A stretch of DNA of 64,000 bases, taken from positions 3,410,001 through 3,474,000 of the forward strand of contig OZ024760.1 in NCBI GenBank assembly GCA_964016885.1. The letters are read 5' to 3'. This document shows positions 38,664-53,018 of the stretch, piece after piece (positions within the stretch are counted from its first letter, which is position 1; the number at the start of each line of letters is the position of its first letter). Under the pieces are notes generated by a model. It did no database searches, had not been told where the DNA came from, and worked only from the letters and a program-made list of their open reading frames with translations. Both the position numbers and the translations under genes were made by a program. Origin of the DNA: Eledone cirrhosa (Eukaryota).

Positions 38664-39523
38664 GTGTGTGTGTAGCCACCAACATTTCTCTTTGGGTTTA
38701 TTTTTCTAACATAATCCTCTACATTTTGAGCATTTTGTCCTACTTTTATGAAGCAAATTTTGGCAGCACTGACATAGTGACACAGTGTATCTTGGACTAC
38801 ATTATCCAATGCGTGCATGTGTGTGTAAACTCACATACTCTCCGCGTAGTCCTTACTCTCTCTTACTGAAATTCTCTTGATATTTTCACCATATCCGCCA
38901 AGGTTTTTTTTTATATTTCACTGGGACTTGACCCCCGATTCCTCTTTCATTTTCGCTGCCCTCAAAATATCTGATATCTTTGGTCCCCCAACTGGCGTTT
39001 ACCTCTACATAATTGGAAGGAATGTATCCCACCCGAGGAAAGATCTTTGTGAGGTGGAGTGGCTGATGCAACCGACGTCTCTAGCTGCTCTCAGCAATAC
39101 CTTCACTATTTTATCCACCGGAATGTAGGGTTTGTCCACCACCAGCCCTTTCTTTTTCCAGTATACCACTACAGCCCTCTTACGACATGTTCAGGAGTTA
39201 CGGGTCCGTTCGGAGAGTGATTGAGAAGAAATGGGAAAGATGTACAGAGGAAGAATCGATCTCAGTATTGGAAAGGATGAAAAGTGAAGAAGGCTTACGA
39301 CTCAGAGCACAGACAGCTAGAACTGATATGACAGAGCATTCTATTGGAGGTTCTAACGAATCTGCCAATTCACCGCTTAAGGAAATATAAAAAATCCTTA
39401 ATGAAGAAGATCAAACTTAATCACAGTCGTGTTTTTAACACACATATACATTCTATCCATACATAAAACACACACATAGATTCTGTATAAAATATTTGGG
39501 GCTAAACATCCGCCTCAATAGTC

Positions 39524-42500
39524 GTGGTAGTGGCGGTAGTTGTGGTGTTCTTGTTGTTGGTGATGCTGAGTGTGGTGGTAGTGGCGGTAGTTGTGGTGTT
39601 CTTGTTGTTGGTGATGGTGAGTGTGGTGGTAGTGGCGGTAGTTGTGGTGTTCTTGTTGTTGGTGATGGTGAGTGTGGTGGTAGTGGCGGTAGTTGTGGTG
39701 TTCTTGTTGTTGGTGATGCTGAGTGTGGTGGTAGTGGCGGTAGTTGTGGTGTTCTTGTTGTTGGTGATGGTGAGTGTGGTGGTAGTGGCGGTAGTTGTGG
39801 TGTTCTTGTTGTTGGTGATGGTGAGTGTGGTGGTAGTGGCGGTAGTTGTGGTGTTCTTGTTGTTGGTGATGGTGAGTGTGGTGGTAGTGGTGGTAGTTGT
39901 GGTGTTCTTGTTGTTGGTGATGGTGAGTGTGGTGGTAGTGGTGGTAGTTGTGGTGTTCTTGTTGTTGGTGATGGTGAGTGTGGTGGTAGTGGCGGTAGTT
40001 GTGGTGTTCTTGTTGTTGGTGATGGTGAGTGTGGTGGTAGTGGCGGTAGTTGTGGTGTTCTTGTTGTTGGTGATGGTGAGTGTGGTGGTAGTGGCGGTAG
40101 TTGTGGTGTTCTTGTTGTTGGTGATGCTGAGTGTGGTGGTAGTGGCGGTAGTTGTGGTGTTCTTGTTGTTGGTGATGCTGAGTGTGGTGGTAGTGGCGGT
40201 AGTTGTGGTGTTCTTGTTGTTGGTGATGGTGAGTGTGGTGGTAGTGGTGGTAGTTGTGGTGTTCTTGTTGTTGGTGATGGTGAGTGTGGTGGTAGTGGCG
40301 GTAGTTGTGGTGTTCTTGTTGTTGGTGATGCTGAGTGTGGTGGTAGTGGCGGTAGTTGTGGTGTTCTTGTTGTTGGTGATGGTGAGTGTGGTGGTAGTGG
40401 TGGTAGTTGTGGTGTTCTTGTTGTTGGTGATGGTGAGTGTGGTGGTAGTGGTGGTAGTTGTGGTGTTCTTGTTGTTGCTGATGGTGAGTGTGGTGGTAGT
40501 GGCGGTAGTTGTGGTGTTCTTGTTGTTGGTGATGGTGAGTGTGGTGGTAGTGGTGGTAGTTGTGGAGTTCTTGTTGTTGGTGATGCTTAGTGTGGTGGTA
40601 GTGGTGGTAGTTGTGGTGTTCTTGTTGTTGGTGATGGTGAGTGTGGTGGTAGTGGCGGTAGTTGTGGTGTTCTTGTTGTTGGTGATGCTGAGTGTGGTGG
40701 TAGTGGTGGTAGTTGTGGTGTTCTTGTTGTTGGTGATGCTGAGTGTGGTGGTAGTGGCGGTAGTTGTGGAGTTCTTGTTGTTGGTGATGGTGAGTGTGGT
40801 GGTAGTGGTGGTAGTTGTGGAGTTCTTGTTGTTGGTGATGCTTAGTGTGGTGGTAGTGGTGGTAGTTGTGGTGTTCTTGTTGTTGGTGATGGTGAGTGTG
40901 GTGGTAGTGGCGGTAGTTGTGGTGTTCTTGTTGTTGGTGATGGTGAGTGTGGTGGTAGTGGCGGTAGTTGTGGTGTTCTTGTTGTTGGTGATGGTGAGTG
41001 TGGTGGTAGTGGCGGTAGTTGTGGTGTTCTTGTTGTTGGTGATGGGGAGTGTGGTGGTAGTGGCGGTAGTTGTGGTGTTCTTGTTGTTGGTGATGGTGAG
41101 TTTGGTGGTAGTGGCGGTAGTTGTGGTGTTCTTGTTGTTGGTGATGGTGAGTGTGGTGGTAGTGGCGGTAGTTGTGGTGTTCTTGTTGTTGGTGATGGTG
41201 AGTGTGGTGGTAGTGGTGGTAGTTGTGGTGTTCTTGTTGTTGGTGATGCTGAGTGTGGTGGTAGTGGTGGTAGTTGTGGTGTTCTTGTTGTTGGTGATGG
41301 TGAGTGTGGTGGTAGTGGCGGTAGTTGTGGTGTTCTTGTTGTTGGTGATGCTTAGTGTGGTGGTAGTGGTGGTAGTTGTGGTGTTCTTGTTGTTGGTGAT
41401 GGTGAGTGTGGTGGTAGTGGCGGTAGTTGTGGTGTTCTTGTTGTTGGTGATGGTGAGTGTGGTGGTAGTGGTGGTAGTTGTGGTGTTCTTGTTGTTGGTG
41501 ATGGTGAGTGTGGTGGTAGTGGCGGTAGTTGTGGTGTTCTTGTTGTTGGTGATGGTGAGTGTGGTGGTAGTGGCGGTAGTTGTGGTGTTCTTGTTGTTGG
41601 TGATGGTGAGTGTGGTGGTAGTGGTGGTAGTTGTGGAGTTCTTGTTGTTGGTGATGGTGAGTGTGGTGGTAGTGGTGGTAGTTGTGGAGTTCTTGTTGTT
41701 GGTGATGCTTAGTGTGGTGGTAGTGGCGGTAGTTGTGGTGTTCTTGTTGTTGGTGATGGGGAGTGTGGTGGTAGTGGTGGTAGTTGTGGTGTTCTTGTTG
41801 TTGGTGATGGTGAGTGTGGTGGTAGTGGCGGTAGTTGTGGTGTTCTTGTTGTTGGTGATGGGGAGTGTGGTGGTAGTGGCGGTAGTTGTGGTGTTCTTGT
41901 TGTTGGTGATGGTGAGTGTGGTGGTAGTGGTGGTAGTTGTGGAGTTCTTGTTGTTGGTGATGGTGAGTGTGGTGGTAGTGGTGGTAGTTGTGGAGTTCTT
42001 GTTGTTGGTGATGCTTAGTGTGGTGGTAGTGGCGGTAGTTGTGGTGTTCTTGTTGTTGGTGATGGGGAGTGTGGTGGTAGTGGTGGTAGTTGTGGTGTTC
42101 TTGTTGTTGGTGATGGTGAGTGTGGTGGTAGTGGCGGTAGTTGTGGTGTTCTTGTTGTTGGTGATGCTTAGTGTGGTGGTAGTGGTGGTAGTTGTGGTGT
42201 TCTTGTTGTTGGTGATGGTGAGTGTGGTGGTAGTGGTGGTAGTTGTGGTGTTCTTGTTGTTGGTGATGGTGAGTGTGGTGGTAGTGGCGGTAGTTGTGGT
42301 GTTCTTGTTGTTGGTGATGGTGAGTGTGGTGGTAGTGGCGGTAGTTGTGGTGTTCTTGTTGTTGGTGATGGTGAGTGTGGTGGTAGTGGTGGTAGTTGTG
42401 GTGTTCTTGTTGTTGGTGATGGTGAGTGTGGTGGTAGTGGCGGTAGTTGTGGTGTTCTTGTTGTTGTGATGGGGAGTGTGGTGGTAGTGGCGGTAGTTGT

Positions 42501-45500
42501 GGTGTTCTTGTTGTTGGTGATGGTGAGTGTGGTGGTAGTGGTGGTAGTTGTGGTGTTCTTGTTGTTGCTGATGGTGAGTCTGGTGGTAGTGGCGGTAGTT
42601 GTGGTGTTCTTGTTGTTGGTGATGGTGAGTGTGGTGGTAGTGGTGGTAGTTGTGGAGTTCTTGTTGTTGGTGATGGTGAGTGTGGTGGTAGTGGTGGTAG
42701 TTGTGGTGTTCTTGTTGTTGGTGATGGGGAGTGTGGTGGTAGTGGTGGTAGTTGTGGTGTTCTTGTTGTTGGTGATGGTGAGTGTGGTGGTAGTGGCGGT
42801 AGTTGTGGTGTTCTTGTTGTTGGTGATGCTGAGTGTGGTGGTAGTGGTGGTAGTTGTGGAGTTCTTGTTGTTGGTGATGGTGAGTGTGGTGGTAGTGGTG
42901 GTAGTTGTGGTGTTCTTGTTGTTGGTGATGGTGAGTGTGGTGGTAGTGGTGGTAGTTGTGGTGTTCTTGTTGTTGGTGATGGTGAGTGTGGTGGTAGTGG
43001 CGGTAGTTGTGGTGTTCTTGTTGTTGGTGATGCTGAGTGTGGTGGTAGTGGTGGTAGTTGTGGTGTTCTTGTTGTTGGTGATGGTGAGTGCTGTGGTAGT
43101 GGCGGTAGTTGTGGTGTTCTTGTTGTTGGTGATGGTGAGTGTGGTGGTAGTGGTGGTAGTTGTGGTGTTCTTGTTGTTGGTGATGCTGAGTGTGGTGGTA
43201 GTGGCGGTAGTTGTGGTGTTCTTGTTGTTGGTGATGGTGAGTGTGGTGGTAGTGGCGGTAGTTGTGGTGTTCTTGTTGGTGATGGGGAGTGTGGTGGTAG
43301 TGGTGGTAGTTGTGGTGTTCTTGTTGTTGGTGATGCTGAGTGTGGTGGTAGTGGCGGTAGTTGTGGTGTTCTTGTTGTTGGTGATGGTGAGTGTGGTGGT
43401 AGTGGCGGTAGTTGTGGTGTTCTTGTTGTTGGTGATGGTGAGTGTGGTGGTAGTGGCGGTAGTTGTGGTGTTCTTGTTGGTGATGGGGAGTGTGGTGGTA
43501 GTGGTGGTAGTTGTGGTGTTCTTGTTGGTGATGGGGAGTGTGGTGGTAGTGGTGGTAGTTGTGGTGTTCTTGTTGTTGGTGATGCTGAGTGTGGTGGTAG
43601 TGGCGGTAGTTGTGGTGTTCTTGTTGTTGGTGATGGTGAGTGTGGTGGTAGTGGTGGTAGTTGTGGTGTTCTTGTTGTTGGTGATGCTGAGTGTGGTGGT
43701 AGTGGCGGTAGTTGTGGTGTTCTTGTTGGTGATGGGGAGTGTGGTGGTAGTGGCGGTAGTTGTGGTGTTCTTGTTGTTGGTGATGGTGAGTGTAGCGGTA
43801 GTTGTAGTAGTTGTGGTGTTCTTGTTGTTGGTGATGGTGAGTGTGGTGGTAGTGGCGGTAGTTGTGGTGTTCTTGTTGTTGGTGATGGTGAGTGTGGTGG
43901 TAGTGGCGGTAGTTGTGGTGTTCTTGTTGTTGGTGATGGTGAGTGTGGTGGTAGTGGCGGTAGTTGTGGTGTTCTTGTTGTTGGTGATGGTGAGTGTGGT
44001 GGTAGTGGCGGTAGTTGTGGTGTTCTTGTTGTTGGTGATGCTGAGTGTGGTGGTAGTGGCGGTAGTTGTGGTGTTCTTGTTGTTGGTGATGCTGAGTGTG
44101 GTGGTAGTGGCGGTAGTTGTGGTGTTCTTGTTGTTGGTGATGGTGAGTGTGGTGGTAGTGGCGGTAGTTGTGGTGTTCTTGTTGTTGGTGATGCTGAGTG
44201 TGGTGGTAGTGGCGGTAGTTGTGGTGTTCTTGTTGTTGGTGATGGTGAGTGTGGTGGTAGTGGCGGTAGTTGTGGTGTTCTTGTTGTTGGTGATGCTGAG
44301 TGTGGTGGTAGTGGCGGTAGTTGTGGTGTTCTTGTTGTTGGTGATGGTGAGTGTGGTGGTAGTGGTGTTAGTTGTGGTGTTCTTGTTGTTGGTGATGCTG
44401 AGTGTGGTGGTAGTGGCGGTAGTTGTGGTGTTCTTGTTGTTGGTGATGCTGAGTGTGGTGGTAGTGGCGGTAGTTGTGGTGTTCTTGTTGTTGGTGATGG
44501 TGAGTGTGGTGGTAGTGGTGGTAGTTGTGGTGTTCTTGTTGTTGGTGATGGTGAGTGTGGTGGTAGTGGTGGTAGTTGTGGTGTTCTTGTTGTTGGTGAT
44601 GGTGAGTGTGGTGGTAGTGGTGGTAGTTGTGGTGTTCTTGTTGTTGGTGATGGTGAGTGTGGTGGTAGTGGCGGTAGTTGTGGTGTTCTTGTTGTTGGTG
44701 ATGGTGAGTGTGGTGGTAGTGGCGGTAGTTGTGGTGTTCTTGTTGTTGGTGATGGTGAGTGTGGTGGTAGTGGTGGTAGTTGTGGTGTTCTTGTTGTTGG
44801 TGATGGTGAGTGTGGTGGTAGTGGTGGTAGTTGTGGTGTTCTTGTTGTTGGTGATGGTGAGTGTGGTGGTAGTGGCGGTAGTTGTGGTGTTCTTGTTGTT
44901 GGTGATGGTGAGTGTGGTGGTAGTGGCGGTAGTTGTGGTGTTCTTGTTGTTGGTGATGGTGAGTGTGGTGGTAGTGGTGGTAGTTGTGGTGTTCTTGTTG
45001 TTGGAGATGCTGAGTGTGGTGGTAGTGGTGGTAGTTGTGGTGTTCTTGTTGTTGGTGATGGTGAGTGTGGTGGTAGTGGTGGTAGTTGTGGTGTTCTTGT
45101 TGTTGGTGATGGTGAGTGTGGTGGTAGTGGTGGTAGTTGTGGTGTTCTTGTTGTTGGAGATGCTGAGTGTGGTGGTAGTGGTGGTAGTTGTGGTGTTCTT
45201 GTTGTTGGTGATGGTGAGTGTGGTGGTAGTGGCGGTAGTTGTGGTGTTCTTGTTGGTGATGGGGAGTGTGGTGGTAGTGGCGGTAGTTGTGGTGTTCTTG
45301 TTGTTGGTGATGGTGAGTGTGGTGGTAGTGGTGGTAGTTGTGGTGTTCTTGTTGTTGGTGATGGTGAGTGTGGTGGTAGTGGTGGTAGTTGTGGTGTTCT
45401 TGTTGTTGGTGATGGTGAGTGTGGTGGTAGTGGCGGTAGTTGTGGTGTTCTTGTTGTTGGTGATGGTGAGTGTGGTGGTAGTGGTGGTAGTTGTGGTGTT

Positions 45501-46736
45501 CTTGTTGTTGGTGATGGTGAGTGTGGTGGTAGTGGTGGTAGTTGTGGTGTTCTTGTTGTTGGTGATGGTGAGTGTGGTGGTAGTAGTGGTAGTTGTGGTG
45601 TTCTTGTTGTTGGTGATGGTGAGTGTGGTGGTAGTGGTGGTAGTTGTGGTGTTCTTGTTGTTGGAGATGCTGAGTGTGGTGGTAGTGGTGGTAGTTGTGG
45701 TGTTCTTGTTGTTGGTGATGGTGAGTGTGGTGGTAGTGGCGGTAGTTGTGGTGTTCTTGTTGGTGATGGGGAGTGTGGTGGTAGTGGCGGTAGTTGTGGT
45801 GTTCTTGTTGTTGGTGATGGTGAGTGTGGTGGTAGTGGTGGTAGTTGTGGTGTTCTTGTTGTTGGAGATGCTGAGTGTGGTGGTAGTGGTGGTAGTTGTG
45901 GTGTTCTTGTTGTTGGTGATGGTGAGTGTGGTGGTAGTGGCGGTAGTTGTGGTGTTCTTGTTGTTGGTGATGGTGAGTGTGGTGGTAGTGGTGGTAGTTG
46001 TGGTGTTCTTGTTGTTGGTGATGGTGAGTGTGGTGGTAGTGGCGGTAGTTGTGGTGTTCTTGTTGTTGGTGATGGTGAGTGTGGTGGTAGTGGCGGTAGT
46101 TGTGGTGTTCTTGTTGTTGGTGATGGTGAGTGTGGTGGTAGTGGTGGTAGTTGTGGTGTTCTTGTTGTTGGTGATGGTGAGTGTGGTGGTAGTGGCGGTA
46201 GTTGTGGTGTTCTTGTTGTTGTGATGGGGAGTGTGGTGGTAGTGGCGGTAGTTGTGGTGTTCTTGTTGTTGGTGATGGTGAGTGTGGTGGTAGTGGTGGT
46301 AGTTGTGGTGTTCTTGTTGTTGCTGATGGTGAGTCTGGTGGTAGTGGCGGTAGTTGTGGTGTTCTTGTTGTTGGTGATGGTGAGTGTGGTGGTAGTGGTG
46401 GTAGTTGTGGAGTTCTTGTTGTTGGTGATGGTGAGTGTGGTGGTAGTGGTGGTAGTTGTGGTGTTCTTGTTGTTGGTGATGGGGAGTGTGGTGGTAGTGG
46501 TGGTAGTTGTGGTGTTCTTGTTGTTGGTGATGGTGAGTGTGGTGGTAGTGGCGGTAGTTGTGGTGTTCTTGTTGTTAGTGATGCTGAGTGTGGTGGTAGT
46601 GGTGGTAGTTGTGGAGTTCTTGTTGTTGGTGATGGTGAGTGTGGTGGTAGTGGTGGTAGTTGTGGTGTTCTTGTTGTTGGTGATGGTGAGTGTGGTGGTA
46701 GTGGTGGTAGTTGTGGTGTTCTTGTTGTTGGTGATG
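39524..46736. repeat. 51-bp G/T-rich minisatellite, about 141 copies
   Basis: Unit GGTAGTGG(C/T)GGTAGTTGTGGTGTTCTTGTTGTTGGTGATG(G/C)TGAGTGTGGT. Some 48-bp units, and 1-bp deletions at about 42466 and 46221. Confidence 0.98.
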
Positions 46737-46918
46737 TGATGGCTGTGTGGTTGTGGTACCGATGTGGTGCTGGTGTTGGTGTTATGATGATGGTGGTGAA
46801 ACTACAATTGCATTTGCTTGGCCAAACTGTTGCAATTAACATGGCAATTATGTGGGGAGGTTTAGAGGAGTGGGAGTAGAGAGGTTACTAGAGAGAAGAG
46901 AGAGAGAGGGGAGAGAGA

Positions 46919-46921
<3 letters not shown>

Positions 46922-46983
<62 letters not shown>

Positions 46984-47077
46984 GTATATATATATGTATG
47001 TATGTATATATATATGTATATATATATGTATAAATATATATATTTATGTATATATATATGTATATAGATATATATAA

Positions 47078-47108
<31 letters not shown>

Positions 47109-47133
47109 AATATATATATATATGTATATATAA

Positions 47134-47166
<33 letters not shown>

Positions 47167-47491
47167 AATATATATATATGTATATATATATATAAATATA
47201 TATATGCATATATATATAAATATATATATATATGTATATATATATATAAATATATATATGCATATATATATAAATATATATATATTTGTATATATATATA
47301 AATATATATATATATAAATATATATATATATGTGAATGTATATATATATATATGTATATATATATGTATATATATATGTATATATGTATATATATATATA
47401 TATATCAATATATACATATATATATATAAATATATATATGTATATATATATATAAATGTACATATATATATATATAAATATACATATAAGT

Positions 47492-47524
<33 letters not shown>

Positions 47525-47538
47525 ATATATATATATGT

Positions 47539-47591
<53 letters not shown>

Positions 47592-47953
47592 TATATATAT
47601 ATGTATATATATATATAAATATATATATATATATGTATATATACATAAATATATATATATATATGTATATATATGTATATATATGTATAAATATATATAT
47701 ATGTATATATATGTATAAATATAAATATTTATGTATATATATATGTATATATATATGTACATATGTATGTATATATATATGTATATATATATGTATATAT
47801 ATGTGTATATATATATATATGTATATATATATGTATATTTATATGTATATATATATGTAAATATATATGTATATATATACGTATATATATATGTATATAT
47901 ATATGTATATATATATGTATATATATGTATATATATATGTATATATATATATG

Positions 47954-48022
<69 letters not shown>

Positions 48023-48027
48023 GTATG

Positions 48028-48060
<33 letters not shown>

Positions 48061-48287
48061 GTATATATATATGTATATATATATGTATATATATATATAT
48101 GTATATATATATATGTATATATATATATGTATATATATGTATATATATATATATGTATATACATGTATATGTATATATATATTTATATATATATGTATAT
48201 ATATATGTATATATATATATGTAAATATATATGTATATATATATGTATATATATATATATATGTATATATATATGTATATATATATG

Positions 48288-48360
<73 letters not shown>

Positions 48361-48722
48361 GTATATATATGTATATATATGTATATATATATATATGTAT
48401 ATATATGTATATAAATGTATATATATATATGTATATATATGTATATAAATGTATATATATATATGTATAATATGTATATATATGTATACATATATATGTA
48501 TATGTATATATATGTATATATATATATATGTATATATATATATGTATGTATATGTATATATATATGTTTATATATATATGTATATATATATATGTACATA
48601 TATGTATATATATATATGTATATATATATATGTATATATATGTATATATATATATGTATATATATATATGTATATATATATGTATATATATGTATGTATA
48701 TATATGTATGTACATATATGTA
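46922..48722. repeat. 1.8-kb imperfect (TA)n/(TATATG)n tract
   Basis: Direct reading. Similar tracts occur at 52503-54050, 55270-56770, 58770-59150 and 61827-63723. Confidence 0.97.
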
Positions 48723-49343
48723 TACTCTTTTACTCTTTTACCTGTTTCAGCCATCCGGCTGAGGCCATGATGGGGTACCGCCCTTGTTGCTACACATTTT
48801 ATCTCCAGCCTGTATAGGTTGGCCACTGGTGTAAGAGGGAGTTTGTTGCTGCTGCCCTTAGGTTTCCCTCGTGTCTTGCTGTGGGCTCATCCGGGATCCT
48901 GGATAACAAGGTGTCGAGATGTTTCTTAAAGACATCCACCTCCACGTCATGCAAGTCTCTCAGATGCTTCGGTAGCCTGTTGAGGAGTTGAGGGCCCTTG
49001 AATCCCAGGCTATTGCAATACCTGCTCCCTATTCTAGATGTGGAAGACGGGACCTTTGGCACCACACAGTGACGTCCTGTTCGACGGTTGGTCCAGCTCC
49101 CAATGCCAAAGTTTGGTGCTAGTCCCTCCAGGATTTTCCACATGTAGATCACTGCGTATCTCTCTCGTGTTCGCTCCAAGGAGTAGAGGTTCAGTTCCTT
49201 TAGCCTCTCCCAGTAGCTTGTCTCCCTCATCTTGGCAATCCTCTTGGTGTAGCTTCGCTGGATTGCCTCAAGCTCCGTGGTTAGTTTGACACTATGGGGT
49301 GACCATAACTGGGAGCAGTAGTCCAGGCGGCTTCGGACAAAAT
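48723..49343 (-). mobile_element. 5'-truncated CR1/L2-group LINE 3' end (RT C-terminus, 3' UTR and TAAAAGAG tail)
   Basis: [15 protein letters not shown]...[12 protein letters not shown]...[20 protein letters not shown]...MWKILEG. Ends in GTAAAAGAGTAAAAGAGTA. Confidence 0.88.
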
Positions 49344-49432
49344 GTATGTATATATATATGTATACATATATATATATGTATATATATATATGTACATATA
49401 TATGTATATATATGTATATATATATATGTATA

Positions 49433-49531
<99 letters not shown>

Positions 49532-49647
49532 ATATGTACATATATATGTATATATATATATATGTACATATATGTATATATATATGTATATATGTATATA
49601 TATATGTATGAATTATAAGAATCAAAGAACTGTTCAAAACATTTTTA

Positions 49648-49694
49648 TGCTTACAACTGTTTCCTCCAAACCGAGGTTTGGATTCTTCGGAGCA
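49648..49694 (-). ncRNA. Type I hammerhead motif (U4C core variant) from an older PLE pseudo-LTR
   Basis: UGCU-CCGAAGA-A-UCCAAACC-UC-GGUUUGGA-G-GAAAC-AGUU-GUA-AGCA. Confidence 0.65.
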
Positions 49695-50925
49695 ATTTAT
49701 TAATGAATGAACACTTATATGACCTCCTTTTCACCCAAGAGACATACAGATACATATGCAAATATTGTGGGTCAACATTCATTACAGCATTTAGAGTGAC
49801 AGTACACTCTTAGAGATTACATTCATATTAAAAGATACAATCAAAAATACAGGTTAAAATACAACATGAAAATAAGCGGGTATATAGTGCAAAGGTTATA
49901 TGTGTGGCAAGCACGTGCGTCTTGTTTATATAGTGTGGCAGAGAATTACGTGTAGTAGAAGCACTTAAGTAGGTAAACAAGAGTGTTAGGTTGGTTGATC
50001 TGGTGACAAATTCTTTATATGATTGTTATAGTCTGTGTGTGGAGAAATAATATAAGCATTAAAAATAGTGCAAGCATTAAAAATATTAAAAATATTGGAA
50101 ATGCGCAGCGAAGGGATGATATGGACTTCATGTACTTCGACATTTTCATAGTCTGGGGAGTGTATTTTTCAGATTATATGCCCCTCACATAATCCACGAC
50201 GATTCGATATTGAGCGTTTGACAATCCAGTTAGAGAATCGTAGTCTGATGTTCTTTAGTTCAATACAGGAGGATGTTACGTTTCGAGAATCGACATCGAA
50301 ATACTACCCCGAAGCCTGTGTGTGGCTAAGGGGAGGTAATTCCGAGGTTTCTATTACTAACTACTAAAATGTGTCTCAAAATAGACCCTAACTTCTATGG
50401 TTATGCGCAATTTCTAAAAAATTTCTAAAATTTAAAGTGTTTCAACTATAGAGTAGTCTATTAAGTTGTGCTGAAGGTGTTCGTATTATTATGGTGATTA
50501 ACCCCCATCGTAGAGTGCCACAAATGAATATTATAGGCGACGAGCGATGATTCTAAATTAATGATCTCTGTGGTTGCAGTCTACTCAAAGGACCAGGCGC
50601 GGTGATTGCAGAATCACTTCAACACACAATGATCTCTGGTAAGTTCTGGGTCATCGCTTGCTACATTGGATGTCGAAAGATTATCATCACCAGGGCCGAC
50701 CAGAGGTCAATCCGCAGTCCTCATGACCCCAATCTGACCATCAAATCATCCATATATGTACAACCCATACGCCACTTGCAATACATTCATTCCCTGCACT
50801 ATAGGTAATTTAAGCATGAATTGATTGTCTTGTTAGTGTTGTGCGGAGGAAGTGCCATCGTTGGACAGATGAAAAACGAATTAATCTAGTAACGCTGATG
50901 AGCAGTATGACCGGTACGCTGAGTG

Positions 50926-50956
<31 letters not shown>

Positions 50957-50997
50957 GTATATGTATATATATATATATGTATATATAAATATATATG

Positions 50998-51062
<65 letters not shown>

Positions 51063-51086
51063 GCATATATATATATGTATATATGT

Positions 51087-52503
51087 ATATTGTTATACTT
51101 TGGGAGGGTCATGTTGCCAATAAGAAACACACGCACCAGTTGCTTTCACTTCAATTTATTATATATTTATAAATTTATAAATTTACAAATCTACAAACTT
51201 ATAAATTTCTGGTTGGTTGGTTGGTTCCACAACCAGATAGTTGTTTATATATATAGTCATAGTCCTTTCGTCACACACTCTGTGACCTCTTCAGTGACTG
51301 GGGATTCCTTTCTTCGTTTCTGTGCCTTTTCTTTCTTCTATCCTACGCCATTTTGTTTCTGTGTGTGTGTTGTGTGCTCAGTTTGCGCATGTGCCACATC
51401 CGGGTGTCTGTGTGTGTTTGTGTTCATTTTTCTATTTGTTTATTTATTTATTGTTGGTTGGTTGTTTGTTCTGTTTGTTCTGTGTGTGTGTGTTTACATT
51501 TTGTCCTGTGTGTGTTTTCATTTTGTGTGTGTTTTCAATTGTAAGTTGTTTGTTCTATGTGTGTGTGTGTTTTCATTTTGTCCTTAATTGTAAGTTGTGA
51601 TGTTGCTGTTCCACTCATATTTTCTATTTAATTTTGGTTTTAATTCTTTTATGCTTACTGCCTCTGTAATTTGCCTAAACATTGCGTCTTTTCTGTGCGT
51701 GGATTCTATTTTTATTTCTATGCTCTCTAATCTACCCCTGTGTTCTATCTTAGCATGTTGGTAGAGCACAGATGATTCTTTATTATCTTGGAGGTCTCGC
51801 CAGTGTTCATTTATTCGTTCCCCTATACTACGAGCTGTCTCACCTATGTACACTATATTTTTGTTTCTACATTGTCCTTCAGTACATCTTATGCTATACA
51901 CTACATTTCTAGTTTTACAGTTAATATGGGGGCTTATTTTACAGGTTATACATTTCTTATCTATACATGAGGGTCTTTGGAACGGGTATGTCTTGCTAAT
52001 AAGTGTTTTTACGGAGGTATCAGGTCTTTCTACTATCTTAATATTGAGGTTATGTTTATTTAGGGCCCTTCTAAATTTGTAGGCTAGTTCGCCTCTAGGG
52101 GTTGTATTGATGAACATTACACTCTGGTATTTATTGCTATCATACCATGAGTTTATTTTATTGGCCTTGTTCCTAGTTCTTTCTATTCTATTCCAAAATT
52201 TGCTCCTATACAAGGGGCAGGTCCCATTTATGTCATTATTTACCATTTTTTCCCATTTGGTTCTGGCTCCTTTATACACTCTGATTCTATCTCTCTGATT
52301 GTAGCCAGAGAACTGCATACGGTAGATGAAGTGTTGTATGTGTCTCTCTAGTTCTTCGGGTTGCACATGCGGGACACATTTCTCATCACCCGTACCAAAT
52401 CCGCAATCAGTATGTTGATTTTGGTATGGTCCGAAATGGCCGAGTTTCGGTGGATCAGATGTTTGGAAGTCATGGGTTTGGCATAATGGGAATGGAGGAT
52501 TAT
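51087..52503 (-). mobile_element. Second, 5'-truncated copy of the same PLE family (thumb, GIY-YIG, pseudo-LTR)
   Basis: Highly similar to 30607-32021. A 1-bp deletion at about 52360 shifts the frame. ORF 51584-52366. TA tracts on both sides. Confidence 0.95.
51255..51299 (-). ncRNA. Minimal type I hammerhead ribozyme in PLE copy 2
   Basis: AGUCA-CUGAAGA-GGUCACAGAGUGUGUGAC-GAAA-GGAC-UA-UGACU. Confidence 0.85.
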
Positions 52504-52521
52504 TGTATATGCATACATATA

Positions 52522-52606
<85 letters not shown>

Positions 52607-52615
52607 ATGTATATG

Positions 52616-52649
<34 letters not shown>

Positions 52650-52685
52650 TGTATATATATGTATACATATATATTTTTATATATG

Positions 52686-52767
<82 letters not shown>

Positions 52768-52815
52768 GGTATATATATATGTATATATATATATATGTAT
52801 ATATGTATATATGTA

Positions 52816-52898
<83 letters not shown>

Positions 52899-52899
52899 G

Positions 52900-53018
<119 letters not shown>

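Noticed and set aside
39496-46879. Long ORFs (981, 1252, 1430 and 824 aa) as real genes
   Set aside because: They result from a stop-poor 51-bp unit. Frames are broken by TAG variants and 1-bp deletions, and there are no unique domains.
50895-50923. CTGATGAG hammerhead start
   Set aside because: No GAAA box or stem I partner before the TA tract.
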